Shown here: piece by piece, positions 1 to 12,700 of the stretch
How positions within the stretch are numbered: position 1 is the stretch's first letter
Layout of the letters: every line of letters starts with the position of its first letter
Assembly: GCA_905178155.1 (NCBI GenBank)
Contig: CAJINV010000003.1
Coordinates: forward strand, 4,277,253-4,341,252
Source: Amoebophrya sp. A120
Taxonomy: Eukaryota; Protista; Dinoflagellata
DNA: 64,000 nucleotides
Direction of reading: 5' to 3'
Translations under genes and position numbers: made by a program
Notes under the pieces: generated by a model
The model's database searches: none
Told to the model about the DNA's origin: nothing
What the model saw: the letters and a program-made list of their open reading frames with translations, nothing else

Positions 1-3000
1 GTGTCGTCCACCAAGGGATTCTTCGGGTGCTGACTTGATACGTCATCGTACTCATTACCGTTCAGCAGGTTCCGGATTTCCGTGTTTTGTCGCAGCGCTT
101 TTGAAATCGCCGTCCTAAACGTCATTGTGGGAAACGAGTTTGGCGGGAGGACCGCATCTACGAAGTTCGGCAACGAGTACCACTTGCGGAGCGTGAAGCG
201 AATTTCGAGGTTGGCTGCCCGCTTCGAGAGATCTTCGGTGTAGGTGAGCGCCGGATTGGGGTTTCCGCCTACCGTGAAAGGGACGGTGCTGAGCTGAACC
301 TCCGCAACATCCGGACTCGTCACGCCCGCCGCATTCGGCATGCCGAAGGCGTTCGCCAGGCCCTCTGCGAGGGCCTCCTTGACCCCATTCACCTGCATCA
401 GACCGATGTTTTGGGGCGTGCCGCCTCCGGTGCCGCCGACTTGCACGCCGTCGTTGACCGTCCAAGCCTGATTCGGATCCAGTTGTCCACTCGCACCGTT
501 CCACGTGGAAGCTGGAGGCGTCTGCAGGTACAGAAACATGCGATACGTCTTTTGCGTCACCCTGCAAGCCGTGGTGTACGGGGTCTGGTAGAAATCCGTG
601 AAGCAGTTCGTTGCACCAGGGATACTGTTCGACGAGGAGTCCGCGAAGTACAAATTTCTCGCCGGTTCCGTCGCCGCGGCCGCCATCTCCTGGTTTGGAT
701 AGAAGTACCGGTAAAGCGACACATCCTCCGACGGTACGTTTGCCGTGTACTGTCTCGACAGAATACCCCGAACACCAGCGGATTTTAGCCCCACGGGGTA
801 GTTGTTCACGTCCAAGCGCTGCCGCTTCGGCGACGCCCGCGCGCACGACTGCACTGTGCTCACACTCAAAGTCGTCAGACCGAGGTTTTCCACAGCCTCG
901 TCCGTCGCATTGCTCGAGTTTGTGCTGTTGTCCTCATCGCTAGAGGATAAAAACCGTCGCTGAAACAAATTCTGTTCTACTTGGGCCGCCGCTGGCGCTT
1001 GTAAAGTAGAGTACCACGAGGACGATAACCCCAACGTCGCATCCTCCTCCCCCGTACCAAAGCCTGGCTCCGAATCGTCAAGTGGGGGAAGTCCGAGTCT
1101 TTCCCGCTTGATCTCCAGCAGCTGCCGCCTGCTCGAGCCAGCCGAAGAGGAGCTGCTCGACGAACTGGTCGAAGAGTCTTCGCTGCTCTCCGCCTTCACG
1201 TTCGATCCCGTACGGATCACGATCTCGGAACTGTCTATCTGGATTCGGTAGGGCCCCGTGTTAGAAAACGGCTTAGTGTCGTCGTCCAACTGCATCACCA
1301 TGTCGGCGTAATCTCCAGTCATGCTACTGGCCATCTGCCCGGTCGCGTGGTGCTTGTAGCGAAACGCGAGACCGTTCGCCATGATGTGCAGCACCTGCGT
1401 CTTCTTCTCTGCGTTCACCTTCTCCGACTTGATCGCAGTTACCAGCTCGTGGATGCCCATGCCCTGGTCCAGCTCCACGGTGAAGTTGCTCTCGTTTAGG
1501 GCTTTCACGGGGAAGCCGGCCTTCGGCCCTAAGCTGGCCTTCACAATCCGGTAGCGGTCGATGATGGAAGCAATGGTGGCGTTGCCGGAGGAACCGTAGG
1601 TCTGAATGGTCGTCGGGTCCAGCGCCATGACTTCACTAGCCGGAATGTCGCCGTCCGGCCGGTATTGACAAACGTACTCGTTCTTCTCGTTTCGGTTCGT
1701 CCGTCCGGAGTACAGCTCGTCGTACGGGCAGACCTGGCACTGGTTGCCGTTGGCCGCGTATCCTCTGCAAAAGTATCGTATTCGTAAGGCAATCATGCAT
1801 TACAAATCTTTTCATTAAGTCAAATCCGCATTACAAATTTTATTTCTCATGCTGAGAAAATTTGTAATGCATTTATACGATTACGATACTTTTGCAGTTC
1901 ATACCGCGCGAAACTCCGTGGCGTGGCCAAAGTACCCGTGCAGAATGACGTCGCCGGGCATGTTCATGCGCTCGCACGGCTCGGACACCGCCACCTCGGA
2001 CGTCGCGGGGTTGTACACCGGGAGGGTGCACCGCCCGGCGGGACTGCACACCTCGCCCGAGTTGCAGTACACGGTCTCGTAGATCCCGAGCAGGCAGTCC
2101 GGGTCCGTCATGCCGCAGTTGCAGTCGCAGTACTGCTGGTCGTTGTAGCGGTTGGGGGGGCACACCCACAGCGTGGGGTTGCTAACGGCCGGGTAATCAC
2201 TGGGCGGCGTGACCGCGTGGTTCAGCCGGTTGGCGCCTATCTGGTTCCCTCGGGTTACTTTCACCTCGTAGTCAGTGTCACCCTTGCCGGTAACGAGCAT
2301 GCGCTCGCTCCCCATGTTGCCGGTCACCAGGACGTAGAAGGGAAATTTCTTGGTCCACAACGCCACAGGGGTTTTTAGCGTCAATTTGGATGCCACCTGT
2401 TGTTGTGAAGTGGAAAAACGATGTGAACTTTGGATCCTGGTTGGGTTCTGCTGTGGTTGCGGATCAGAAGTTGAGCAGGTGTGAAGTTCGAATTGTTGGG
2501 TCAAAACTTGACTGCCGCCTGAGCGAAAACTTGACCTCAGGCGGCCCTGACAAGACCCGGCAGCACAAGTGCACCACCACAAATTGCTTTAGTTCCGGTT
2601 TTACAGCGTCTGAATTCTATCTTGCTTCAGTCGCGAAAGTTGCCAACGGAACGGAGTAGAACTTTCAAGCAATTCCAGCAGCTGCTTTGGTGAATATCTA
2701 GAGCTTCATCGAAGAAAGATCATCATACGTTGCGGTCCACAATGCACGACCACTGTCACTGAAACGAACTTTTATACTTTTGGACTCTATGCGATTATGA
2801 TTATCGATATCCATATCGACGTATCAAAAGAATCTTCAAAGTAGTACCTTATCCGGAGCATTCGCCTTCAAATATGCGGAATTGAAAAACTTTCCACTCT
2901 TGCCATCACAGGTGACGGACTCTATACTGTGCTGGAAGTTGTTCACGTAGGACGCAAACAGCATCCAATCCGAAAACAGCAGGGGCACCTGGGCGGCCGC

Positions 3001-4431
3001 GAGGTCCTCCACTTGTTGTGTCTGGTTCACCGCCGCGCCGCCGCTGACCGGTACGTAGCCGGTGGGAAACCCGAGATTCACCCGCATCTGCCGCTCGATG
3101 TTCAGCTGGTACTTGCCCAGCTGGAAACTCTGCATAAACCGCTTCGCGTCGGTGGCGTTCCACCCGGTCTGCAGGATCATCATGTTGTTCATCTCCGTGG
3201 GGCGGCGGTGGGTTCCGGTTTCGCTGTTCGTGTACACCGACGGGTCCCAGGTGAAATTGTTCGAGGTGAGCGTGTTCATGTGCTCGGTTTTTTGGTACTC
3301 GCGGGTGTACTTCAGCAGGTAGGGGCGCAGTGCCTCGTACTGGTACCGGTTCACCAGCCCGAACTGCAGCTGACAGGACTTCACGTTGCGCAGCTGCTTG
3401 CGGTCAAACCGCACGAACGCAACGGCGTCGTGGTCGAAAAACTCGTTGTGGCGCTGCAGCAGGCCCATGTCGCTGTACGCGTACCGCAGCGACTCGTCGA
3501 AATTGTGGGTCGAGGAGGTGACCGCCATTTCCCGGATGTACCGCGTCATATTTGGGAAGGGGGACTCGAACTCGGACGCCCCGAACGGGTACGAGTTGAA
3601 CGTGATGGCGGTCTTCTCGTGGGCCCCGAACCCCACGGGCACCTCGGACTGCAGGCTGGTCCCCCCGAAGTGGATGCCGTTCTTGTCGACCCACTTGATT
3701 TTCGCCAGGCTGCTCTTGCCGTCCGCCTCCGAGAATTCGATGCGCTGGGTCCAGGCCATCTGCAGCACGGGAACGTCCAGGTACGGCGGTTTCGCGGAGG
3801 TGAGAAACCCCGAGAAGTACTCCCCCTTCCACTCGCACCCGGGCACGTCCCACTCGTCGCGGGCGGCCGCCCCGGTGGTCAGCGGGGATAATGATGCGCG
3901 GTACTCCCGGTTGATCCCCGACCCCCTCTGGTTGCCCTGCGCATTCAGCCCGGCGCAGTAGTAGTCGGCATTGAGCACGATGTCGCCCCAGGCGGACAGG
4001 TTGGTTTGGTTCGACAACAGATCCCCGAGCGCCATCTGCGCGAAAATGGCGACAAAAATCATCAGGAAAAAACTGCAGCACGCCCCACAGTAGGTGGGGG
4101 GTAAATCCCCCGCGGTGACCTCGCCGGCGCGGTCCATGCGCCGGGCGAATTTGTCCAGCAGCCGCACCAACAGCTTCGGCTCATAGTACTCGATGTCCGT
4201 GCGCTGGATGGTTTCGTCCCACGGCTGATACCGACCAAAGTTTAGGTTGCGGTACGCCCAGCGCCAGAAGGAGCTAAGGCCGGACTCCGTGTCCTCGGCG
4301 TCACCATCCGTCACCACCACCGCGGCAACCTGAGAACTGCGCCGAACGATGCGGCCCGCCTTCCGTGTGAAAGTGCTTACGGAAAACAGGCTGCGCCGGC
4401 CCATATCCTTCATCCGCTCAAACACCGGCAT
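1..4431 (-). CDS. Large hypothetical membrane-anchored protein (>1200 aa, runs off window start); exons ~4431-2848, 2396-1904, 1758-<1
   Basis: ORF 2836-4431 has one hydrophobic segment (CCSFFLMIFVAIFAQMAL). It joins in frame via GT-AG intron 2397-2847 (PDK|VASK) to a Cys-rich exon (YCDCNCGMTDPDC). It then joins across element 1759-1903 (EFRA|ANGNQCQVC) to a frame open to position 1. Confidence 0.75.
1759..1903. mobile_element. TIR insertion / non-canonical intron, family D (145 bp)
   Basis: TATCCTCTGCAAAAGTATCGTA...TACGATACTTTTGCAGTTCATA flanked by the direct repeat CCGCG; removal restores the reading frame; near-copy at 35293. Confidence 0.9.
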
Positions 4432-5007
4432 GTTGGGACTTACGAATCCGAAACCGATACCGAATGTAAAAGAATGTTCTTGGAAAATAAACTTGAGTCG
4501 AGACTTATTTGCAAGGAACGTAAAAGAATGTTCTTGGAAGCGCTAGATTGGTAGCGGGAGAGATCGGCTTCAATACTTTGCGGCGGACGGGTGTCACTAT
4601 TCCAGCGACAGTAGCACTGTGCGCCCGCGCAACTACTACATCTTCTACATAACAAAATCTAAGTCATTGTAGCATTACATGCTACACATTTTTATACTAC
4701 ACACGTACACTTGGTACACATTTTTTCTTTCCGCCACGAAGTACACCTAGATGTTTCTGGAAAATCGTGCTCGCTGAATAGAACGAAGGAGCCTTTGCCT
4801 TTACATCGTAACCAACATTTTGACGTTAGAAAAATATAATGTCAGCAAGCTACGTTTATTATGCACGAACAAAGGGGTGGTGAAACGAACGAGTCAATTA
4901 CTGGCTTGCATACCTGTTTTTGAACGAGTTGCCGATTGAAATCGCACATAAGACTAAGAGGCTGCACGACAGGTACTTCTTACGATGGGCTAAGGAACGA
5001 TGGGTTA

Positions 5008-5137
5008 AGGACCGACATGCTCTTGCACTTGCTTCACCGACTTCTTTCGTTTTCCTTGCATTGAGGACTGATAGGTGAAGTAGGACCGACATGCTCTAGA
5101 ACTTCCTTCAACAGCGTCTTTCGTTTTCATTACATTC
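5008..5137. repeat. Two degenerate tandem copies of a ~74-bp unit
   Basis: AGGACCGACATGCTCT at 5008 and 5082, each followed by a similar CTTTCGTTTTC.TT.CATT. Confidence 0.6.
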
Positions 5138-5192
5138 ATTTCACTTTCTCAGCGTGAACACTTTGATATGGAGATTTTTGCGACTCGAATAT

Positions 5193-7208
5193 TTACACTG
5201 GGGGGCGAAAAACATTCAGGGTGAGCGCTACGTACTGATAGTAGCCAACGATTGAGACGAGCTCTACCATGCCTTTCTCACCAAATGCCTCGATACCAGC
5301 CGCATAGAGATCATCATCTAGATCGCTGTGCTGGAGTAGCGCTATACCGATTCTGAGCAGCAGGCCATCTCCATCTGCTGCCAAGTCGTCAAGCTCGGCT
5401 AGTATGGCTGGCACATTTCTCCGGCCACCCATGTCCTTCACACGCCCAAGAAATTCGAGCACAGGCTGCGGAACACCAGCCTGAAGCGCTTCTGGTTCGT
5501 GGATGCTCCACTCCTTCTCGCTTCGTGTCCACGCGGCGGTCAAAAGAATGAGGCACTCCGACTGCCGAGGTTTGAAATCTGTATCGTACCGGACGGCTTT
5601 TCCGAGACGCTGTGCTGTCTCAGCAACGCCCGGCGAAGCCAGCCATGGCCCGAAAGGCCCGCTGAGCCCGGTTCGTGGTCGCGTTCGTAGGATTTCCTCC
5701 TGTATTAGTCGTTGTTCATCCGACAGCGCATCATTGGAAGGACCCACGTACCGAGTTTTCTCTTTCTGCTCCTTGTCCATTTTAGAATTGTTCCTGCCAG
5801 TGAAGACAATCGCGTCCTTCTCCTCTTCATCCTTCACATCTGTACCACGACTAGTGGCACCACTCACCTCACTAACCGCAGTTTTCTTCCCTTCGAGTAT
5901 TGACATGACAGTTGGCTCTTCGATTCCCACGGCACCACCGGCTGCGAGTAGCTCGGTGAGGGTGCCCGCGCTCAATGGTATACCATCGCGCAACCGCTGG
6001 GCCATGACTTGCGCCTCCAACTCGCCAGGAACGAGAACTTGTGAAATTTCCGCTCCTGCTTCATGAGTCTCACCAGGTCGTGGCGCAGATTGTTTCATGA
6101 AATCGGTCAATGAGCGGATTTCGTCCTGAAACGTACGAAGACTTTCTGAGATGGCACCAGGAAGTCCACTGGTTGTATTTGTTCCAGTTCCACTCTTGCT
6201 TCGTAAATGCGTAGGGTCAAAGAGTAGGGTCAACATGGAGTTGATAATCAAACCTTGGTCGCGCGGGTACTTCGGATGGATCGTGTTCCCTCCGGAAAAC
6301 ACCGCACCGAGGATTTCGCACAGGAACGAAAGCGCATACCCCTTGTGATCCGCGAAGGGCAGCAACGCGCCGGTTTTATTCGGGTGCAACCAGTCCCTGT
6401 CGTTTGAAGTGGAACAATCCTTGGTCACAGTACTATCGGCTTTCGACGCCGTCGTTACGGTGGAGTTCCCCGGGGGAAACATAACCTTCGGATCCTTCGT
6501 CGGCCGCCCTTCCGCGTCCAGCACGATGTCGGAATTTGGCAGCTCCTCCCCGCGCCCGAGGTACTCCCGAACCTTCCCGAGCGCCATGGCGCTCGTCGCG
6601 TAGTCCAGGACAATGGGCGGACTGTCATCACATTTACCGTTAGTCGCATGAAGATCACCATCCACGTTCTCTGGGAGCCCGAAACTTCGTGGGCAACCGA
6701 TTGTGAAGGGATTGGTGCCCAGCCTGGCATCGCCGCCTCGACTTGCGGCAACCAGGGGTTGGTGTCCAGCCACATTTGTGAAGTGAATTGAACAGATTCC
6801 GGCTCCAGCACACTGCTCCGCGTAAGATCCAATGCGCCCCAAGTGGTGGCAGTTCTTCAGGGCCACCAGGGCCACGCCGTGATTTTTCGCCAGCTCTATT
6901 CCGAGCCGCATGGCCCTTCGCCCCTGGACTTGCCCAAAGCCCAGATCGCCGTCGGCTTGCAGGATAGGCGAGACGCTCGTGGTGGAGTTGTCATGGTCTA
7001 GTACTTTTAAGGGAGCATTGACGTTCAGGTTGCCGGAAAGCGCGCTACGCACGTACCGCGGCAAGTACCCGACCCCGTGACTGTCAACCCCCTTCAGATT
7101 CGACTCAACCAGGTTGGCCGCAACCACACCAGCCTCCGTGGCAGTAGAGCCACTGCGCTTCAGCAGTTCGACGGCAAGTTGCTCGAGACTGCGAGCTTGG
7201 ACCAACAT
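5193..7208 (-). CDS. Ldh_2 family (YbiC/HcxB-like) hydroxyacid dehydrogenase fused to a C-terminal carboxymuconolactone decarboxylase/AhpD-like domain
   Basis: Ldh_2 motifs GVDSHGVGYLPRY, HHLGRIGSYAE, LGTNPF, LDYATS, HKGYALS, VLVPGE; CMD-like GPFGPWLASP...RQSECLILLTA...EWSIH...VELVSIVGYY; intronless; first ATG at 7208. Confidence 0.85.
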   Translation of the reverse strand: MLVQARSLEQLAVELLKRSGSTATEAGVVAANLVESNLKGVDSHGVGYLPRYVRSALSGNLNVNAPLKVLDHDNSTTSVSPILQADGDLGFGQVQGRRAMRLGIELAKNHGVALVALKNCHHLGRIGSYAEQCAGAGICSIHFTNVAGHQPLVAASRGGDARLGTNPFTIGCPRSFGLPENVDGDLHATNGKCDDSPPIVLDYATSAMALGKVREYLGRGEELPNSDIVLDAEGRPTKDPKVMFPPGNSTVTTASKADSTVTKDCSTSNDRDWLHPNKTGALLPFADHKGYALSFLCEILGAVFSGGNTIHPKYPRDQGLIINSMLTLLFDPTHLRSKSGTGTNTTSGLPGAISESLRTFQDEIRSLTDFMKQSAPRPGETHEAGAEISQVLVPGELEAQVMAQRLRDGIPLSAGTLTELLAAGGAVGIEEPTVMSILEGKKTAVSEVSGATSRGTDVKDEEEKDAIVFTGRNNSKMDKEQKEKTRYVGPSNDALSDEQRLIQEEILRTRPRTGLSGPFGPWLASPGVAETAQRLGKAVRYDTDFKPRQSECLILLTAAWTRSEKEWSIHEPEALQAGVPQPVLEFLGRVKDMGGRRNVPAILAELDDLAADGDGLLLRIGIALLQHSDLDDDLYAAGIEAFGEKGMVELVSIVGYYQYVALTLNVFRPPV

Positions 7209-7549
7209 CTTGCAAAAAAAAAGAGAGACTGTCAAGCGAATCAAAGACACAGGCGGAACAGCACGGAAATAAACATGTTTTATGATTCACAGATGGTAGA
7301 CAAAGACATTCACATCCACACCGAATATTCAAATTGATCCTCCTTGCACTCAAAAACAAAAGGGGACTGCAGCGCCATCAAACTTGATCAGTGGAAAAAA
7401 TAAGCTGGAGCTATAGTGAAATCTTCACAACCACACACAATGACTTCAGAGTTGCACTTCTGCTTCCTTTCCATCGGTTTTTCCAGACCAGAAATTCTGC
7501 CTTTACAGGATCAGTATCAGAATACTTTTTCTTGTTCAGGCCGTTCACC

Positions 7550-8930
7550 TCAGCAGAATTCTTCTTCGTCATGATCGTCCTCTATCCTGTGCGCGACTTC
7601 ACTTTCTAAGCGGAGAGAAACATTCATTTCGACCAGTGAAAAGTCGTGGTCGAGGACGTGCCACGGCTTCTTCTCCTTGATACAGTCGCACATGCGTTTC
7701 TGCGCTTCGTTGCCCTTGAGCATCAAGATTTTTCGCAAGATTCGCACCCTCTGCTGCGCTGGCCGACTCATGAGCTTGTACACATCCAGCGCGGTTTTGA
7801 TCTCGCGCGGCTTTTTCTCCTTTTTGTTACCATCCTCGTCCTCGCTTCCTCCGTCCTCCGAAACTCCATCCGCTTCTCCTGGTTCGCGCTTGATCCTCAT
7901 GTTGACGTCGAGATCTGGGTCAGCGCCTTCCATTCCCTCGTCCTCGACGTTGTCAAACTCCGCCAGCGTCATCGCCTTTCGCTTCAGAATCATGTCGCGC
8001 AATCGGTGCAGAAAACCCTGGTCGCGGTTGAAGCATTCGGTCGCGCGGTCAGCCTCTTCGTCCTCTTCCTCCTCTTCTTCGTCGGACAAGTCGGACTCGT
8101 TGTGCTCGATAAACTCCTGCGCAGTGTCGAGAAACTCCGGGTGCTTCTGGCGGAACTGGGCCAGGAAAATGCGTCCGGGAATGGAAAGAGAGAACTCGTG
8201 CTCCCGCCCCCGTCGCCCGCGCAGAAAGAGCCCCTTCTTCTCGCACATGTTCATCATCGCGGCCCACGCGCCGAACATCCGATCTTGGTCGGGGTCTGCC
8301 TCCATTTTGCTGTTGCAGTACTTCTGCGAACGCTGTTTTTAGATGTCGCATTTTTGGCATAATGCTCATGGAGATTGATACGAAAACTCCTCCAATTTCA
8401 AAGTGATAATTGAAAAAATATGATCATGATGGAAGATCAGATTTCCTCTGCAACTACTAGATGAAAACAACTCTCGGGACGAGATCGAGAATATTTGAAC
8501 ATGAAGATGATAAAAAAAAATGTACTTCGATAATTTCTTCCTTGGTGAGCTTGAGTGCCACCTCGTCGTCTTTTGGCCAGTGTGCCAGGAGGTTGAGCAT
8601 GTCGTCGACGGTGGTCGCGTTGCGAAAGTCCTGACGAAAATCCCCGGAAACGTGGTTTTGGTCGTCGAGGAGCGTCTCCAAAAATCCGCAGGTGATGCCG
8701 TAGCTGCCGGACCGGATCTTCATGCGGCTCAAGAACTTGGCGTTCTCGGCCATGCAGTCGTTTTCGATGTAGTCCCGCCGGTCCTCCTCCGTCTGTAAAG
8801 TCCCGAACCAGGGCACGGAGCCCTTCTCGGAAAACTTCTCCAAATACTTCGGAAGGTTGGCGCCCTCGTTCTCGCGGCGCAGGCGCTGCCGCTTCGGGGC
8901 CAACAAACTATCCGGATCATACGTCGACAT
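7550..8930 (-). CDS. Hypothetical acidic protein, 2+ exons
   Basis: ORFs 8457-8930 and 7550-8305 join in frame via GT-AG intron 8333-8525 (EEIIE|RSQKYC); 3' end uncertain. Confidence 0.6.
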
Positions 8931-9762
8931 TCTATATCCTTCTTTGCTAAACTGGTGCCGAACTGCTAGATAGCAAGCATAAATATAGTTCGCTGTTCAC
9001 AGTCTTCCTGCGTCTTCGTTTTCCAGCCAGCGGCACTGAAAAAGCTGGTCTAGTAGAAACAACTTCTTCAGAATGATCAGATAGAAGCACAAAGCGACCT
9101 AACACCGGAAGTCCGGCAAGCATAGATATCTCAATGCTGGACTTCACCAGTCGAATCGAAAAACGCAACTGATTGCAAAATGAACCTCCCGATTACAAAA
9201 TAGACCTCTGCCCTTAGTCAGCTCCTTTGGGAAATTTTCTGCAGTTTTCTCGTCATGTCCGTCTCACATCTTCAGCTGCTCAAAAAAAGGCAGATATACT
9301 TGACTAAAAACTACTCTTTGTAGGACCGTCGTGCCGATTGATTCTCAACTGCGGCGCGACTTCTATCATCTTGTTTGCCTTTCAGACACGATGCAGTCCT
9401 GACTTAACCCTTTGCACCTTTCAAGAAACTTTTTGAAGCTTGCTGGTTCCAGTGGAACAACCTATAGAGCTGCCACGCGACCAGGCATCATTGAAAACAG
9501 CACGACGAGCCGACCAATTGCTGGAATCTGCAATCAACTTAAACCTGAGTACACTTGCATTTTGCATCTGCTCTCGAGTTCATTATCGTTTCTTTTGGGG
9601 GCGAGCTGGGTACACGTCACAAAAAAAAGGAAGACCATCAGGTTGTTGAACTTCTACATTTACATTGTTTATCTAGTGTTCGCAGCTCGTTCCCTTGACA
9701 TTCGAGGTGCTTGCGGCTGATAGGACTTTGCGGCCGGGGAACGTCAGCACTAGCAGCCATGG

Positions 9763-12700
9763 TCAGACCCATATCTGGTTGATGACGTCGAACCTGCGGA
9801 TTTTCACGGTCCTGGGCCCCGCATTCGTTCCCAGGCGCTGCAGGCCGCCCGCGGGAGCCGTACTTCTTGCCGCCGGGGGCGCCACCAGCGTTTCCACTTT
9901 GGTCGCGGGGTTTTGGTGTTTGTCAATGTACCAGTGCCGGCGCGTGGTGGCGGGGCCAAAGATGTGCTCCCGCCGTTGTTCTTCAGCTGTCAATGGTGCA
10001 GCTGGTTCCACCTCCTCCGTGGTGCTGGAACAAGGTACTATGGGAGGTTGTTTCTTCACCGTTATAATGCGAGCGGGCGGCTGAGTCGGAGCGGTCGCGT
10101 AGTTGTGCAGTCCCCGTTCTTGCGGTGCCCAGTTCTCATCGCCGCGTGGCGGAGCGACCACTCCGGTGGCGCGCCAAGAGGCCGAAAGTTGATCCTCGCG
10201 TCGCCCCTGCCATCTCTGGGTGCGGGCGGACTGGGGACGGGACAAAGTAGTGGGTTTACTCGTTTTCATTCCCGTGCTGGCGCGGGTCGACAGGGACGAC
10301 GGAGATTTGTGCCGAAGGTAGTTGATAACACTGTGCTGCTGAAAATCTCGATGTTTTGATCCGCGGTGGCCCGCCCGCGAAGACGCTGCAGGTCGCGACC
10401 GAGACCACGGGACTTCAGCGAGAGGATACCGCGGGTCTTTGGGCGACATGTGGTCGTCGGCCTTCCAGAGCCGGTGATGCGCCGCCTCATGGTCGAAGAG
10501 CACCGACGGAGAGACGGGCTCCGCTCGCGATGGAGACAACTTCGGCGAGAGGCACGCGTTGTCGGGGTCGCCGACCATGTCTTGTTGGCCCGAAAGCACT
10601 CGCGCGGCTGTGGGTTCGTCGTGCAACCGCAGTACGGGTCCTTGCTTCGCGAAGTACTCTGGACTCCCGACGAGATTTGTCCGCGCTGACGCCAGGGGCG
10701 ATCCTTCGACCTGTTTTGGCTGTGGCAATCGGAGTTCCCCGACGAACGGCAGGTTCTTCGTGGTACGCTCTCCGGAATGTCGTGTCCTCGTCTCAGGTTC
10801 TCGTTCGTCGTTATTGTTTCCGCGGTTTTTATTTGCGCGTCCCGGTGGTGCAGAATTTCGAAGTCGCTCCTTTTCATGATCCCGATCGCGGGGCCTGTGG
10901 AAAACTTCTTGGCCCGGACGGGAACTGCGCGAATGCGAACTTCGCCGACCCGGCGGAGAGAAGCGCGGCGTTAAGGAAGATTCTGTGTCCGTGTCGTCCA
11001 GTGGAGCTGCAGGCGCCGCCTGCTTTTTGCGCTTTCCAACGCGCACGACTGCAATGCTGCCATCACCGGTCTCGCGACCGAAGTCAGACGGCTTCCCCGC
11101 GGGGCGGGGGCGGCGTGGGTAACAAGCAGCGCTGCCATACAACGACGTCGAAAACGCAAAGTCGTCCTCTGTGCCTTCCGCCAGCATTCGCCGATCCTTT
11201 GTCAAAGGCGCATCGCGCAAAAGACTTTGCCTTTGCTCCGGCGGTGTGGTATGCGCGTCCTGGTAGTACGCAGCGACTTGCTTTGGCCGCTCACCGCTGG
11301 CGCAACGGGAGCGAGATCGCCGCTCAATAGCATGTTGTCTGTCTCCACCTTTGTCAGCACTTCTGGATCTAGAACGCTCACGCTGAGTGCGAGGACTGCT
11401 CGGGGATGATTGCGAGGTTCCGCGTGGGGGCGAGGCACGGTTTTTGCTGCTCCTACTACGCTCGCGACCCCTGGAATGGCTTCTCGTCGGACGGGGCTCT
11501 CCTGAGTGTAGACGGTCGTGGTCCTTGTTCTGGTTGTCGAGCCTTGCCTGGCCGTGTGCACCGCGAAATGCTGACACGGATTCATCAGGAGCCGGCCCCT
11601 GGTCATTTCGTCGCGATCGGCTGTGGTGTCGTGCGAGAACCTGCTCGTAGAGCCGGTCTCGCAGCAGGCACGTATCCGAGTCGTCATCGTCATCTGCAAG
11701 AAGCAGATTCGCATTTTTCTCCTGCTGCGATGCTTCTCTCCTAGACGTGCCGAAAGCAGATGGCTTAGTTGCCTCCATATTAGGGGAATTCAAGGCTCCA
11801 ATTTTTGGCGTTACGGATCTTCGCTTGCTGGCGGGATCTTTGTCATGATCCTCGACACGCGCTTCGTCAGAGGCACCTTCAGTTTCAGCACGTCGCTGCG
11901 AATTTTGCAATGCAGCAGCATAGTGCTCCTTCTTTGGATCATGAAAATCAGTTCGCCCGACGACTTTGCCACCGGAGCGAAGCGGGCGCGTCATCACGCC
12001 CGGTGGGAAGCGTCGCTCGCTATCGGAAGAGGATGCTCGTTGCTCATTCTCCACGACTGCTGTCGGGACCCAGGACGCAGCCCGCTGCCGCGCGCTCTTG
12101 TTTTTGTCATCCCCTCGACGTCTTCGCCCGCGAGAGCCACTACCCTCCGCCGCGGCACGTTCTTGTGCTTCATGACTCGGAAAATAGGGCGGACGCTGCA
12201 TCGATGCAGCCCGGAGCCGCCTTTCTTCCGCTGGACGAATGTTGTTCCAGTGCGCGTGACTACTCGACGACGACACCACAGCGCTACTGTTGCTGCTCAC
12301 TGCTGACGATGCCGGTCCGCTCCTCCGATCATTACTTCGGTTGCGTGCAACACCAGTTGAAGACGAGGAGGACGAGGGAGCCGCGGAGGACGCACTCTGC
12401 ACGACACGCCGACTAGACGAGCTGCTCGCCGCACTTCCCGTGAAGATGTCGCCGTCCTCCGGGCTATTAAGCATCCCCCGCTCTTGCTTTCTGCTGGCGG
12501 TGATCATTTCCTTCACAAGGGCGTACAGCTCGTCGGCGTTCGGGCGGCGGTTGGGGTCTTTTTGCAGGCACAGATGTACAATCTTCCCAAAATTTTTGTT
12601 GAGCAAAGCCTTGTACCGGCCCGCGAGCACCGCGTTGGTGACGTCGCGCAAAGAATTTCCCGAGAAGGGCATCCGCCCATTGGTGGCCACTTCGTACAAC

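Noticed and set aside
2929-3891. Long plus-strand ORFs (also 10356-11330, 30676-31518, 36367-37146)
   Set aside because: Antisense shadows of GC3-rich minus-strand genes with no recognisable domains.
4466-4539. 20-bp direct repeat GTAAAAGAATGTTCTTGGAA upstream of the first gene
   Set aside because: A single local duplication with no support for a regulatory or mobile role.
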